Virus record (IMG/VR): IMGVR_UViG_3300029286_000009
Coordinates: 195,733 to 259,732 of that record
Length of the DNA stretch: 64,000 nt
Direction: 5' to 3' (one strand)
Below the pieces are notes generated by a model. That model had not been told where the DNA came from. It saw nothing but the letters and a program-made list of their open reading frames with translations, and made no database searches. Positions 27,509 through 38,041 of the stretch are shown piece after piece (position 1 is the stretch's first letter; each line of letters starts with the position of its first letter). The translations under genes and the position numbers were made by a program.

Positions 27509-28705
27509 ATGGAAAAAATGGGAAAGGAAATAGTAACAAAGGAATTTAATTTTATGGAAGACACTATTGTGGCGGTTGACCAAAACGATGTGTGGTATAT
27601 TTCTCCACGACATATTTGTGAAAATGTAGGATTAGATTGGGCTTCTCAGAGTAGAAAAATTGAGAAGGAGTCTGAGAAGTTCAACCGTTGTCTTATGACA
27701 ACAGTTGGTCACGATGGTAAACTGCGTGAAATGGTTATGATACCTGTGACACGTATAAATACATGGATATTGAGTATCAATGCAAAGCGTGTCAAAAACT
27801 TAAGAGTAAGAGCATATCTACGGAAATACCAAGATCAGCTATCCGATTGGTTGTATGAAGCGGGATTTCTAGGAGCGGCGGTAAATAAGGATGTGTTGTT
27901 ACTCCCTGCGGAACGACAGGTGGAAGTATTGGGAGATGCTCTTCACAGAGCTCGCTTGCAAAGTGAACCATTGAATGAGTATCAAGAGAAGATAGCGACC
28001 ATTTTAGGTTTACCTGACTTAGAAGGGATGGATAAATATAAGACTCAGCGTCTGCAGATGTTGACAGATGTTAAATTAGGTGTTGCTAGTCCTTTGTTCT
28101 CAAAAGGTTTGCGGGGAGTAGTAAGACTAACTGATGAACTATTTTACATCGCTTATATGATAGAAAGGTGGTGTGTTGATAAGCTGATTTGCTGTTTTCC
28201 ACAAGACTTGCCCACGCCTGTGGCGATAGAGCAATATATAAGAGATAAAGGTTATTGTGAACCTTGGGTGGTTAAACCCATTAGGCACGCAGATGCACGA
28301 AGGGTGGTTAAGCTTAATACTCTGTTTAGCTATAGTATTTCTGATTTAATAATACGATTTAATAAACCAGCTGAATTGATACACAATGCTATGTTTAGAG
28401 TAGTAAAAGATATGGAGGATGTATTTACTGCGACTGAAGTTAAACTGGAACTTCCAGCCATAAGAGACAGAGCCAGTATGTCAGCTAGGCGGGAGCAGTA
28501 TATGAAAACGGCTGAGTGGTGGGATAAGCGAAACGCTTTTTTCAAAGTTTTCAATTGTTGTGTAGTTTGTGGGGATATGGAGGTTGCATCTTCGCGATTT
28601 GAGGCACACCACTTGCACTATGATACATTAGGATTTGAGTCACCTTGGGATTTAGTGCCCTTGTGTAAAGATTGTCATACTAAGGTAGAAGGAAGGAGTA
28701 GGTGA
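27509..28705 (+). CDS. second antirepressor-N/HNH fusion protein
   Basis: RHICENVGLDWASQSRKI...DGKLREM..WILSINA; CVVC..AHHLHY..G.E..DLVPLCKDCH. Confidence 0.8.
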   Translation: MEKMGKEIVTKEFNFMEDTIVAVDQNDVWYISPRHICENVGLDWASQSRKIEKESEKFNRCLMTTVGHDGKLREMVMIPVTRINTWILSINAKRVKNLRVRAYLRKYQDQLSDWLYEAGFLGAAVNKDVLLLPAERQVEVLGDALHRARLQSEPLNEYQEKIATILGLPDLEGMDKYKTQRLQMLTDVKLGVASPLFSKGLRGVVRLTDELFYIAYMIERWCVDKLICCFPQDLPTPVAIEQYIRDKGYCEPWVVKPIRHADARRVVKLNTLFSYSISDLIIRFNKPAELIHNAMFRVVKDMEDVFTATEVKLELPAIRDRASMSARREQYMKTAEWWDKRNAFFKVFNCCVVCGDMEVASSRFEAHHLHYDTLGFESPWDLVPLCKDCHTKVEGRSR

Positions 28706-28706
28706 T

Positions 28707-28985
28707 ATGGCAAAAATAGAAGAACCAATTACAATTATGGGATTTGCATGGATAGATGATGATGGTGTTGTAAATTGGGCAACTAGAGAGGATATGGATG
28801 GGGTTAAACCGAAAGATCGCCCTAAGGATTGCATTTCATGTGTCATCGAAATTACTCCAACTAACGAATGGGTAGATCGTGCCAAAAATGAATATGATTT
28901 CTTGGGGGATATTGCAGGAAGAATCAATCAATTTAATTCTGATTTAGAAGCTTTACAGAAATCAATAAAAATAGGGAGGGAATGA
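28707..28985 (+). CDS. hypothetical protein
   Basis: Operon context. Confidence 0.5.
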   Translation: MAKIEEPITIMGFAWIDDDGVVNWATREDMDGVKPKDRPKDCISCVIEITPTNEWVDRAKNEYDFLGDIAGRINQFNSDLEALQKSIKIGRE

Positions 28986-28986
28986 T

Positions 28987-29280
28987 ATGGCCAATTTTAT
29001 ACCAATTGAGCATCTTAACGAGGATTACGACGCGGATAGATATGCGATGACCCCATCTCGCCGCCGTAAAATTCACAAACACCGCAAGGAGATGGACCTG
29101 TACGGACCGAAATTACCTTATGATTTCGGGATATTTCGGCATAAATTCGGTCACCGATTTTATGAGTTTGAAGCTGTTTGTCCTAAGTGCGGGTATATAA
29201 TGTACGTTACCAAACTGACTTGTGCAGTAATATGTAAGTGTGGAGAATTGGTTAAAGTAGGTCAACCACCCCACGCCTAA
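28987..29280 (+). CDS. hypothetical Zn-ribbon protein, 3' end altered by the IscB insertion
   Basis: CPKCG...CKCG; the last codons derive from the element. Confidence 0.55.
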   Translation: MANFIPIEHLNEDYDADRYAMTPSRRRKIHKHRKEMDLYGPKLPYDFGIFRHKFGHRFYEFEAVCPKCGYIMYVTKLTCAVICKCGELVKVGQPPHA

Positions 29281-29494
29281 AGGCGGGGGCTTGAAAGAGC
29301 CTTGGTTGACTAGGGGGCATTAATTTGCAGCAGTTGAGAACCAGAAATACATACACACCCCAAAATATTCCGCACGTTTCGGGCGACTGTGGTTGGACAT
29401 TAAAAGTCCTGGTGGGTAGGGACGGTGTGTCCAGCTTAAAAACGGTTTCCAACAATCCCGATGCGGTCCCAACCTCAGAAAAGAGGAGCGAAAC
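29261..29494 (+). ncRNA. omegaRNA (HEARO-type) scaffold of IscB
   Basis: GTCAACC...GGTTGAC pairing and multiple hairpins directly upstream of iscB. Confidence 0.8.
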
Positions 29495-30703
29495 TTGAGA
29501 GTATTTGTTAAAAATCAAAAAGGTAATCCATTAATGCCGACTACTCCAAGAGGAGCAAGAGTGCTTCTCTGTGCAGGGAAAGCGGTAGTGGTTAAACGAA
29601 CACCGTTCACTATCCAACTCACAGCAGCAACTGGCGAGACAAAACAGCCTGTCGTCTTAGGTGTAGACAGCGGCTTCACTCACGTCGGTTTATCTGCGGT
29701 ATCAGACAGGGCTGAATTGTATGCGGCAGAAGTCTTATTACGCACCGACATGGTTAAGCTCAATGCCGAACGAGCAATGTATCGACGTAACAGGCGAAGT
29801 CGCAAGACATGGTACCGTCAACCGAGGTTCCTTAATAGGTCGAAACCGAAGGGTTGGTTGGCACCTAGTATTCAGCACAAACTAGACTCACATAAGAAGT
29901 TGATCGACAAGGTAAAAGGACTGCTGCCAATCACCAAGGTTGTTATTGAGGTTGCCGCATTTGATATTCAGAAGATTAAAAATCCTGAGATATTCGGCGA
30001 AGGCTACCAGAATGGTGAGCAGTCCGGTTTTTGGAATGTCAGGGAGTATGTATTTCACAGGGACAGCCACAAGTGCCAAGCTCCAAAGTGTAATCATAAA
30101 GACAAAATACTTAACGTCCATCATGTTGTTAGCCGGCAGACAGGCGGTGATAGACCCCATAATCTAATTACACTTTGTGAAACCTGTCACAAGAGTCACC
30201 ATAAAAAAGCACTAGACCTTAAGATCAATGCGGGAAACGGATTCAAAGCAGAAACGTTCATGTCAATGGTAAGGTGGAGATTAACTCAGGACACAGGCTC
30301 ACAACACACATTTGGTTATATCACAAAAACAAATCGCATTGCTGCACGTTTAGAGAAGTCTCATATCAACGATGCTTTCATTATTGCAGGTGGTGGACAG
30401 AATCGGACCACAGCATTAACGATCAAACAAGTAAGAAAGTGCAATCGCAAACTATACAAAGGCAGCCGAAGCCACATCAGGAATACTGCCCCACGTGAAA
30501 TATTAGGTTATCGACGCTTCGATAAGGTGAAGTGGGGTCGTGTTGAAGCCTTTATTTTCGGAAGACGATCCACTGGCAATTTCGATATCAGGGACGGCAA
30601 CGGGAAAAGTCTCCACAAATCTATTAACGCAAAACACATTAGGTTGCTGGAAAGAGCTTCAACAAGCTTGATTTCCAGAACCTCACTTCCTCCCCAGTGC
30701 TAA
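29495..30703 (+). CDS. iscB: IscB RNA-guided endonuclease (PLMP, RuvC, bridge helix, HNH)
   Basis: PLMPT; LGVDSG; RRNRRSRKTWYRQPRFLNR; VIEVA; VHHVVSRQTGG..NLITLCETCH; KSHINDAF. Confidence 0.95.
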   Translation: MRVFVKNQKGNPLMPTTPRGARVLLCAGKAVVVKRTPFTIQLTAATGETKQPVVLGVDSGFTHVGLSAVSDRAELYAAEVLLRTDMVKLNAERAMYRRNRRSRKTWYRQPRFLNRSKPKGWLAPSIQHKLDSHKKLIDKVKGLLPITKVVIEVAAFDIQKIKNPEIFGEGYQNGEQSGFWNVREYVFHRDSHKCQAPKCNHKDKILNVHHVVSRQTGGDRPHNLITLCETCHKSHHKKALDLKINAGNGFKAETFMSMVRWRLTQDTGSQHTFGYITKTNRIAARLEKSHINDAFIIAGGGQNRTTALTIKQVRKCNRKLYKGSRSHIRNTAPREILGYRRFDKVKWGRVEAFIFGRRSTGNFDIRDGNGKSLHKSINAKHIRLLERASTSLISRTSLPPQC

Positions 30704-30731
30704 AGCACGGGGTATCCGTGAGGAATATTCG

Positions 30732-31259
30732 ATGAGTCTTGATTATATAGAATCTTTATTTGATATTCTGGATGGCAAGGTAAACTTTTCCAATGTTGGG
30801 AAGAAGAAACGCGGGCGTAAAGCAGGTTATAAGCATTCTCAAGAAACTATAGAGAAGATAGCAGACCAGATGCGTAATCGCACTAAAACTGAGGAGGAGA
30901 AGAAAAAAATATCACAATCTTTACAAGGCATCCCCAAATCTAAAAGTACACGTAGAAAAATTTCTAGGTCTAAAAAGGGGGATAATCCTGTTAAAATTTC
31001 TGATGATTTACTCTCAGCATACAATGGAGCAAAAAGGGAAAAAGATGTTTCTACATCGACTGCAGAATGGTTAGAAAGGTGTGGACACAATAGAGTTGAG
31101 TTGTGCGAGTGGATTAAGGCTCACTCCGATGAATTTAATGAATTTGGATTTGATGAATTTGAGAATGAGGCTGGGGATATATATACTGAGAAACTTCTAA
31201 ATGAAGGGTTTTATAAAGAGTCCCCTATTGACCAAGATGCACACAATGAGGATAAGTAA
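30732..31259 (+). CDS. NUMOD3-repeat DNA-binding protein
   Basis: GYKHSQETIEKIA..KTEEEKKKISQSL.GIPKSKSTRRKIS; no nuclease domain seen. Confidence 0.65.
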   Translation: MSLDYIESLFDILDGKVNFSNVGKKKRGRKAGYKHSQETIEKIADQMRNRTKTEEEKKKISQSLQGIPKSKSTRRKISRSKKGDNPVKISDDLLSAYNGAKREKDVSTSTAEWLERCGHNRVELCEWIKAHSDEFNEFGFDEFENEAGDIYTEKLLNEGFYKESPIDQDAHNEDK

Positions 31260-31888
31260 TGGCTGGTGATAAACCCCAAAAGGGCATTAGGAATAAAGTG
31301 AATTATAATCCTAAGTCCAGAAACAATCTCACTCAGTATACACGACCAAAGACAGAGGCTGAAAAGAAGAAGCTTCTTAAGTCTATTGCGGCTGAAGCTG
31401 AGATAGATCTCGAATTATTAGAAGTTATTGTTCCAACAAAGAAGGTTTTTACGGATGAGGAGCAGAAGCGTTTTCTTAAACTTGTAAAATTGCATCTTAC
31501 AGAATTAACAGAACAGGGAGCTAAGGTTACGACACAGGATATGCAGGCTTTGGCAAGTCTCTGTAAGAATCTAGTAATGGAAGACCGGCTTCTGGAAGAC
31601 GCCAAGACAAAGTTTAAGCAAGATCCCACTGCAATTGTCAATGTCATGGCGGCGGTGGATAAACTGAAGAAGGCAAATGAGAAACTTTCTGAGAGCTTGG
31701 CGACAAATAGGAATATAAGAGTAGATCCCAAGAGGGGGAGCAATATTACTATTCTTGATATTCTGGAAGCTTATGAATCAGAAACATTCGGTAGTGCAGA
31801 AGAACGGCTAGCTGTACTTGAGGCAGAGGAAGAGGAATTGGCAGGGGAAGATAAGTATGTCACGACTATTGATGATATGATTAGGTAA
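31259..31888 (+). CDS. putative terminase small subunit
   Basis: Helical protein immediately upstream of terL. Confidence 0.5.
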   Translation: MAGDKPQKGIRNKVNYNPKSRNNLTQYTRPKTEAEKKKLLKSIAAEAEIDLELLEVIVPTKKVFTDEEQKRFLKLVKLHLTELTEQGAKVTTQDMQALASLCKNLVMEDRLLEDAKTKFKQDPTAIVNVMAAVDKLKKANEKLSESLATNRNIRVDPKRGSNITILDILEAYESETFGSAEERLAVLEAEEEELAGEDKYVTTIDDMIR

Positions 31889-31894
31889 CTTGCC

Positions 31895-33667
31895 ATGGCT
31901 TTTGAACAATTAGAAAAACAATTTGGTACAAAATGTAAAGAACTTATAGAGATATGGAAGAGATACCCCTCCTTGGCTGCTAAAGACCTCCTATACAACC
32001 CCCTGTCATCCAATCCCGACGAAAACTTCTCTCTATCCCCCATTCAACGCGTTGTGACTAACCGAATATGGCATGCTCGTAATAGTATTACTGTAGCTTG
32101 CCGTGGTTTTGGTAAGACATTTGATGCTGCTACTATGGGTATTTTATCTGCACTTCTCAATCCGGGACGAAGAGTGGGATGTATGTCAGCTTCTTTTCGT
32201 CAGGCTAAACAGATATTTGAGGAGGTTTCTAATATATGGAATAGGTCTCCTCTCTTACAGGCATGTACTGATCGTGCACCTGTCATAGCTAATGATGCTT
32301 GTACACTGGTATTTAAAGCTGTGCCTGGGCATAACCCCTCTAAGATGATCGGTCTTCCGCTTGCGGATGGGCAAAAGGTCAGGGGGGCGCGTATGCATAC
32401 ACTGATGCTGGATGAAGTTTGTGTCATCCCAGAAAATACTTTTCAAACTGTTCTCCGCCCCTTTGCTGCTACATCTATGGAGCCCACCAAACAGACCCGG
32501 TTGGCTAAAGAACGTAGACGTATTATGGGCCTTAATCTATCTGAGGATAAGAAGCAAGAAATGTTAGACTTATTATCGGGGCGGTCTTCAGTTAACCAGA
32601 TACATATGTTTACATCGGGATATTATTCTTTTAATTGGGTGTATAATCTGTATTGCAAATATTCAGACCGTATGCATGGTATTAAGCGGGGTGCCATAGA
32701 TGGTTTAGATGATGGTTATACTGATAATCCTCTTCATTATGCTACCTTCCAAATTCCTTATTGGTCTTTAGAAGAAGGATGGTTGTCTGAGGGTGGTTTA
32801 TCTGATGCTCGCCGTGACATGTCCTCTATTCAGTTCAGAATGGAATATGAGGCTGCCTGGATATCTGATAGTGGTGGGTTCTTTAAGATATCTGACATAG
32901 AACAATGTCGTGCTGAGAATTTAGGTATAGACTTGCAAATGCGTCCTTACGGGGATCCTGGAAGACAGTATATTATGACACTTGACCCTGCTCGTACCTC
33001 TGATGCTTTCGCTATTGTCATTTCTGAAGTTGACCCCACGTTCGGACTCAAGATATCTCATATGGAGCAGCATTTCAAGGTTCCCACCCCCAAAATTGTT
33101 GAACGTATACTCCAGCTTACTAGTAAATTTAATATTGTTGAAATTGGGATGGATCGAGGCGGCGGTGGCCAAACTGTAGCTGACTATTTGGCACATGGTA
33201 ATGTTGAATTTTCTCCAATCTTTGATAAGGATGATGAACGATATAGGGGAATGCGTGGGCGACATATTTTACAACTTATAGATTTTAGTCCAACGTGGAT
33301 TGAGAATGCAAATCATAATGCGAATTTCTTGTTAGAACGAAGAAAAGTAGCTTTTCCGAAGCGCCCAATGGAAGGTGCGTCTTCCTCAAGTAAACTGGAT
33401 GAACTTGATAGGAATGTAAAAATCGTTGAGCAATTAATCATGCAGCTGATTAGTATACAGATATCTGAAACTAGAACAGGGAAAGCTCATTTTGATTTAC
33501 CTGAAACTGGTGGTGGGTTTGTAAAGCATAAAGATTTATATTCAGCATTTATTATGGCGTGTGATTTAGTATATAATAAAATTCAATCAAGTCTATTACC
33601 TACGGTTAATATGCCCTTACTAGGCATAATTACACCAAGGATGAATATGGGCGGAGGATACTACTAA
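31895..33667 (+). CDS. terL: terminase large subunit
   Basis: Walker A CRGFGKT; SFRQAK; RGAR..LMLDE; FRMEYEA; nuclease LDPARTSD; MDRGGGG; KDLYSA. Confidence 0.92.
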   Translation: MAFEQLEKQFGTKCKELIEIWKRYPSLAAKDLLYNPLSSNPDENFSLSPIQRVVTNRIWHARNSITVACRGFGKTFDAATMGILSALLNPGRRVGCMSASFRQAKQIFEEVSNIWNRSPLLQACTDRAPVIANDACTLVFKAVPGHNPSKMIGLPLADGQKVRGARMHTLMLDEVCVIPENTFQTVLRPFAATSMEPTKQTRLAKERRRIMGLNLSEDKKQEMLDLLSGRSSVNQIHMFTSGYYSFNWVYNLYCKYSDRMHGIKRGAIDGLDDGYTDNPLHYATFQIPYWSLEEGWLSEGGLSDARRDMSSIQFRMEYEAAWISDSGGFFKISDIEQCRAENLGIDLQMRPYGDPGRQYIMTLDPARTSDAFAIVISEVDPTFGLKISHMEQHFKVPTPKIVERILQLTSKFNIVEIGMDRGGGGQTVADYLAHGNVEFSPIFDKDDERYRGMRGRHILQLIDFSPTWIENANHNANFLLERRKVAFPKRPMEGASSSSKLDELDRNVKIVEQLIMQLISIQISETRTGKAHFDLPETGGGFVKHKDLYSAFIMACDLVYNKIQSSLLPTVNMPLLGIITPRMNMGGGYY

Positions 33668-35682
33668 TGGCTAAGAGGATTGTTGCAAAGGCAAAAAAAG
33701 AGGTTCAGGCGTTTCTAAATGATTACCCCGATGCGGAATTTGCGGGAGCACAAAAGGCAGAGGATGGTACAACTAAGTTAATATTTCGTCCTAGGCTTGC
33801 TGTGTTAGCCCCTGAAGAACAACCAGCATTGGCACGTGACGGGAGACATGTTCCACCCGAGATAAGAGTTAAGCAGCGTGCTATAGCTGAAATCACTTAC
33901 CGAGACGCACTTATACATTCCGATCTTGATCTTGCTAAACCTGACATCACTTCTGAGCACCCCAAGAAAATTTATAATAGAATATTTGGGTATTATCGTA
34001 GTATGGACGTTTTTGGATCGTATATTGACGTCAAAGCAGATCTCGCCGTGTCTGGTTTTGAGAATGATTGCGAGGATATGGCTATTAAAGAGTTCTATGA
34101 TAATTGGTGCCAGGATGTTGATCTGGAGCAAGTTTTGGAATGGATATATCACGAGTTTTTTACTTCCGGATTAGTTCGTACCTATAAGGTGGTAGGGCGT
34201 TATGAACCTCAGGTTAATACATTGTCGGAGGTCAAGAAGCCCCCGCAACCCGCGACTCCCAAGAGACAAGAGGGGGAAGATGACTTGGATTATAAGTTGC
34301 AAAGACAAATGTGGCTACAAGGGCAGATACCGGATTATATACCAGAAGCAGAGAATCTAAAAGAGTATGCTGCAAGAAAGAAGCGTTGGTCTAAGGGTTT
34401 TATCCCGATTGCGTACACCGTATTAAACCCCCAGGCTGTAGAACTGGTAGGTCCTCCAGATTTTAATCAAACCCGTGTGGTTTTGCACCCATCAGACGAA
34501 ATGTCGGAACTGGTGAAACGAGAGAGTATTACAGGGAAAATTACCGATGCGGAGAAATCCATACTAGAGAGTATGCCCCCAGAGATAAAGCATGCTATTA
34601 AGGAAGGTAAGCCAATAGAGCTTGATCCGGATTTTGTGGGGGCGATAGATAATAGGCGACGTCCTTACGAAAAGTATGCTATTAATCCCATGGTCAGAGC
34701 TCTAGAGGCTGTAGAATATAAGAAATCTTTACGCGAGGCTGACTATAGTACAATAGATGGTATTACGTCAGAAATATTAGTAATTACTGTCGGCGATAAA
34801 GACAATCCTGTTTTGCGTGTGGATGACTTGAAAAAAGTTTCGGATTTATTTAATACAGCACAGAAAGCTTTTCAGGTGGTTTGGAACCATACTCTAAAAG
34901 TAGAAAGAGTGTCCGCGCAAAACGTAGACCAAATCTTTGGGGCGGATAAATTTGAACAAGCTGAAAGAGATATTTCAGGGTCAATGCGGGTTCCTAGGGC
35001 CCTGTTAGATGGTCTGGTAATTGGTAATACCAGTAAAGAAGCCATGTCTATGGCTGTTAAGTCCCTGACTGCAGAGATTGCTTTTGCACGTCGACAAGTT
35101 ACGCGGTGGCTGTATAAAGAGTATAAAGCTATTGCAGATGCGTATGGATTTAAGCGCATCCCTTCTATTCGTTGGGACGATATGATTTTAAAAGATGAAT
35201 TAGCTATGAAGACCCTAGTAATGTCTTTGGTAGATAGGCGTATTATCTCTTATGAAACCGCACACAAACTGCTTGGATTTGATCCAGAGTTTGAAAAAAA
35301 GATGCTTACCAAAGAAAAGAAAGATGTTATTGATGGGAACTTTGGTATTCTCGGGTCTCCTTACCAACAGGGTGCTGGTAATAGCGGAGATAGTCAAGAC
35401 AAGCAAAAAACACCATCCGGCACGCCCTCGGAGGGCCGTCCGAAAGGTCAGCCTGCACCTAAGACCCCGGCACCAGCGACCCCAGAAGGAAAAACGAAGC
35501 ATATAATTAAGAAAGAGGTAAGAACTATAAAGAAGGAAGAGATACACCGCCAAGCAGCTAGCATAGCAGAGCTGTTTGATGAGCAGGAATTGAACTCTTT
35601 AGAAACACTTATCAAGGCAATAAGGGAGATTAAGGGTATAGAATTAGGTAGCCTGGTAAATCAGGAAGAGGGGTTGGTATGA
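33667..35682 (+). CDS. portal protein
   Basis: 671 aa directly after terL; IPIAYTVLNP; low-complexity GRP-containing C-terminus. Confidence 0.75.
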   Translation: MAKRIVAKAKKEVQAFLNDYPDAEFAGAQKAEDGTTKLIFRPRLAVLAPEEQPALARDGRHVPPEIRVKQRAIAEITYRDALIHSDLDLAKPDITSEHPKKIYNRIFGYYRSMDVFGSYIDVKADLAVSGFENDCEDMAIKEFYDNWCQDVDLEQVLEWIYHEFFTSGLVRTYKVVGRYEPQVNTLSEVKKPPQPATPKRQEGEDDLDYKLQRQMWLQGQIPDYIPEAENLKEYAARKKRWSKGFIPIAYTVLNPQAVELVGPPDFNQTRVVLHPSDEMSELVKRESITGKITDAEKSILESMPPEIKHAIKEGKPIELDPDFVGAIDNRRRPYEKYAINPMVRALEAVEYKKSLREADYSTIDGITSEILVITVGDKDNPVLRVDDLKKVSDLFNTAQKAFQVVWNHTLKVERVSAQNVDQIFGADKFEQAERDISGSMRVPRALLDGLVIGNTSKEAMSMAVKSLTAEIAFARRQVTRWLYKEYKAIADAYGFKRIPSIRWDDMILKDELAMKTLVMSLVDRRIISYETAHKLLGFDPEFEKKMLTKEKKDVIDGNFGILGSPYQQGAGNSGDSQDKQKTPSGTPSEGRPKGQPAPKTPAPATPEGKTKHIIKKEVRTIKKEEIHRQAASIAELFDEQELNSLETLIKAIREIKGIELGSLVNQEEGLV

Positions 35683-36497
35683 TGCCTGGACCTAAATTAA
35701 CATTGGAAGACATAGAATTCTTGAAAAATAATAGAGATAAAATGTCTAATCGAGAACTTGCCCAAACATTGGGGTGCTCAGTTCATACAATTATTGACAA
35801 AGTTAGAAAGTATGGATTACCTCTACACAAGGTGTCGAAGTATACACCCAATGAGCATTATTTTGATGAACTGACCCTAGAGAACTGTTACTATGGGGGG
35901 TTTATTGCAGCGGATGGGTGTATTTATCCTAGGTATAAACAACTTAGTTTTGAACTTCAGATTAGGGATTACACCCAATTACTTAGATTTGCGTCATTAA
36001 CCGAATTTGGCGGGAAAGTATATCTTAAGGAAAGGCCAAATAGGGGATGGTCCGCACAAATGTATGTGGTATGCGAAAGATGGGTGGAACAGTTAAGACA
36101 CCATTTCAATATTGTTCCTAAAAAATCTCTTATTTTACAACCACCCAATCTGCAGGATGTAAATCAGATTTTGGCGTACTCGATTGGTTATGTAGATGGT
36201 GATGGTACGGTTGGTAAGTATACCAATAACCTACAGAATAGAACAGACTGGTTTGTAGGTGCATCAGGCACTTATGAGTTACTTTCGTTTATAAAATGTG
36301 CTTTTGATGACCTTGTTCCTCCTGTAGGTAAACCAGCAAGTGTGCTTGGGATGCGTCGGGGAGGGCAGTTACAAGCGTATAGGTTTATCTACCAGATAAG
36401 GGGCAAGCGTGCGGAACATATACTGAGCAAACTCGTTAGCATTGATTGCCCACACCTTGATAGAAAATGGAACAAAGTTAGGGAGGAATTATTATGA
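35679..36497 (+). CDS. HTH plus LAGLIDADG-type homing endonuclease
   Basis: YYGGFIAADGCI and IGYVDGDGTV motifs; PKKSLIL; LDRKW. Confidence 0.8.
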   Translation: MMPGPKLTLEDIEFLKNNRDKMSNRELAQTLGCSVHTIIDKVRKYGLPLHKVSKYTPNEHYFDELTLENCYYGGFIAADGCIYPRYKQLSFELQIRDYTQLLRFASLTEFGGKVYLKERPNRGWSAQMYVVCERWVEQLRHHFNIVPKKSLILQPPNLQDVNQILAYSIGYVDGDGTVGKYTNNLQNRTDWFVGASGTYELLSFIKCAFDDLVPPVGKPASVLGMRRGGQLQAYRFIYQIRGKRAEHILSKLVSIDCPHLDRKWNKVREELL

Positions 36498-38038
36498 GTA
36501 AATATCGATTATTTGGTAGTGCTCCTTACCAGATTGAGATTATGGATAAGAAGCCTAGAAAGGACATATATAAGCACATCTCCTTTCCAGAGGTAGTTAC
36601 GCCAGATTTGATTGCTTTTGCCGGCAAAATGGTAGAAAGTGGCCCTAATCTTAATCGAGCATATTTTGACCAAGCGGAATTGGTAAAAGCACGACCCACT
36701 TTACTTAATAAAGCAATTGATATTGAGCATGAAGTAGACAAAGTAATTGGGCATATTTACCAAGGTGCGTATATCGAACGTGAATCTAACTTGTTGATAA
36801 CTTCAGATAACTTTAATCCTGAAAAACATATTGATGTTGTTATAGGTGGAATAGTTTACATCGATCGGTTCCCACAGATAGAAAGTTCAATGAGTAGAAA
36901 AGCTTATGGGTTGTCTATGGAATGCTGGTTTGATGCATTTTCTTTGCTTTTGGAGAATGGTATTAAACTGTCTTTAGAAGAGGCTGAGGCATTAGGATTA
37001 GCCGAATTTATTGAACAGTTGTTTGGTAAGTTTAAGTCCCAGGAAGATTTTGATAATGCACATAGTTTGATGGTTACATGTGCAGACCAGAGTAAAAAGA
37101 AACTTAAATTATTCAAGTTTCTTCATGATATCACGTGGGCAGGAGTAGCTGTGGTTGGTTCTCCAGCATGTCCCAGTTGTACTGTGTTGAATATAAGTGG
37201 AAACGATGAAGATGAGATGGCAACAGCATCCCAACTCTTCTCTTTGGATCTTCGTCGTGTTGAGTCTTATATGGAGTTAATTAGAAACAATAAAGAGATA
37301 TCTCCTATAAATTTTCAGGTGATAGAAACATTAGAAAACTGCGATTGTCCTAACGACGAACAAGCAACAGACACTTTTATCCCTTCGGCACCGCCTACTG
37401 CTAATCCCCCTACTGGGGTTGGACTTCCTCATACACCCAATGATTTCACTTCTTTTCCTGCTGCGTGCCCGCAATATCGGTTGGACGCTGATATGTGGTG
37501 TGCTTATGCAGATCAGCAGTGTGTGACAGCGGGTGATAGAACTTTTAAAGATTGTCATCGCTGGACTAAAGACCCTGTAGGACGTTGGTTGTTTGACACT
37601 AGAAGTACAAACAAAGAAGAGGACGGTTTAGTACCTAGCGGAGATGAGGAAGCCAGTACCGAAGGTGTAGTAGAAGAAGGGTGCGTTGCTTCTGTAGGTT
37701 ACAAGTTGGCTGCTGCTAGTTACGCCCGTGAGGTGTGGGCTTGTGAGAACGAATCTGCTGCTATTTGGACCACCCAGTTTATAGAGAGCTTACCTAATTC
37801 ATGTTTTGCAGTTGTTGAAACCGGGTATAAAGATCATATGGACAAGAATGCACGCCACCTTCCTTTTAAGGATAGCTCAGGTAAAGTTGACTTGACACGC
37901 CTGAAGGATGCGTTAGTTAAGGCTAAGCAAATCAAGGCTGTACTAGGAAGTGATACTGATAGTGAATTAAGAAATCGAGCACAAAATCGGCTTGCACCAT
38001 ATGCTAAGAAGTATCTTAGTCGAGGTGAGGGGGATTAA
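36494..38038 (+). CDS. putative prohead protease/head maturation protein
   Basis: NLNRAYF, IDIEH..IGHI, LSMECWF, GVAVVGSPA; C-terminal LPNSCFA...RHLP..D domain; follows the portal. Confidence 0.65.
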   Translation: MSKYRLFGSAPYQIEIMDKKPRKDIYKHISFPEVVTPDLIAFAGKMVESGPNLNRAYFDQAELVKARPTLLNKAIDIEHEVDKVIGHIYQGAYIERESNLLITSDNFNPEKHIDVVIGGIVYIDRFPQIESSMSRKAYGLSMECWFDAFSLLLENGIKLSLEEAEALGLAEFIEQLFGKFKSQEDFDNAHSLMVTCADQSKKKLKLFKFLHDITWAGVAVVGSPACPSCTVLNISGNDEDEMATASQLFSLDLRRVESYMELIRNNKEISPINFQVIETLENCDCPNDEQATDTFIPSAPPTANPPTGVGLPHTPNDFTSFPAACPQYRLDADMWCAYADQQCVTAGDRTFKDCHRWTKDPVGRWLFDTRSTNKEEDGLVPSGDEEASTEGVVEEGCVASVGYKLAAASYAREVWACENESAAIWTTQFIESLPNSCFAVVETGYKDHMDKNARHLPFKDSSGKVDLTRLKDALVKAKQIKAVLGSDTDSELRNRAQNRLAPYAKKYLSRGEGD

Positions 38039-38041
38039 CAA

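Larger units (their letters stand above)
29261..30731 (+). mobile_element. IS200/IS605-family IscB (OMEGA) element
   Basis: Starts GTCAACCACCCC with a CTAAAGG hairpin; ends with a hairpin and GGTATCCGTGAGGAATATTCG, followed by ATGA. Confidence 0.88.

Noticed and set aside
35679-36497. Intron or intein hosting the LAGLIDADG gene
   Set aside because: It is free-standing, overlapping the portal stop and the protease start, and both flanking genes look complete.
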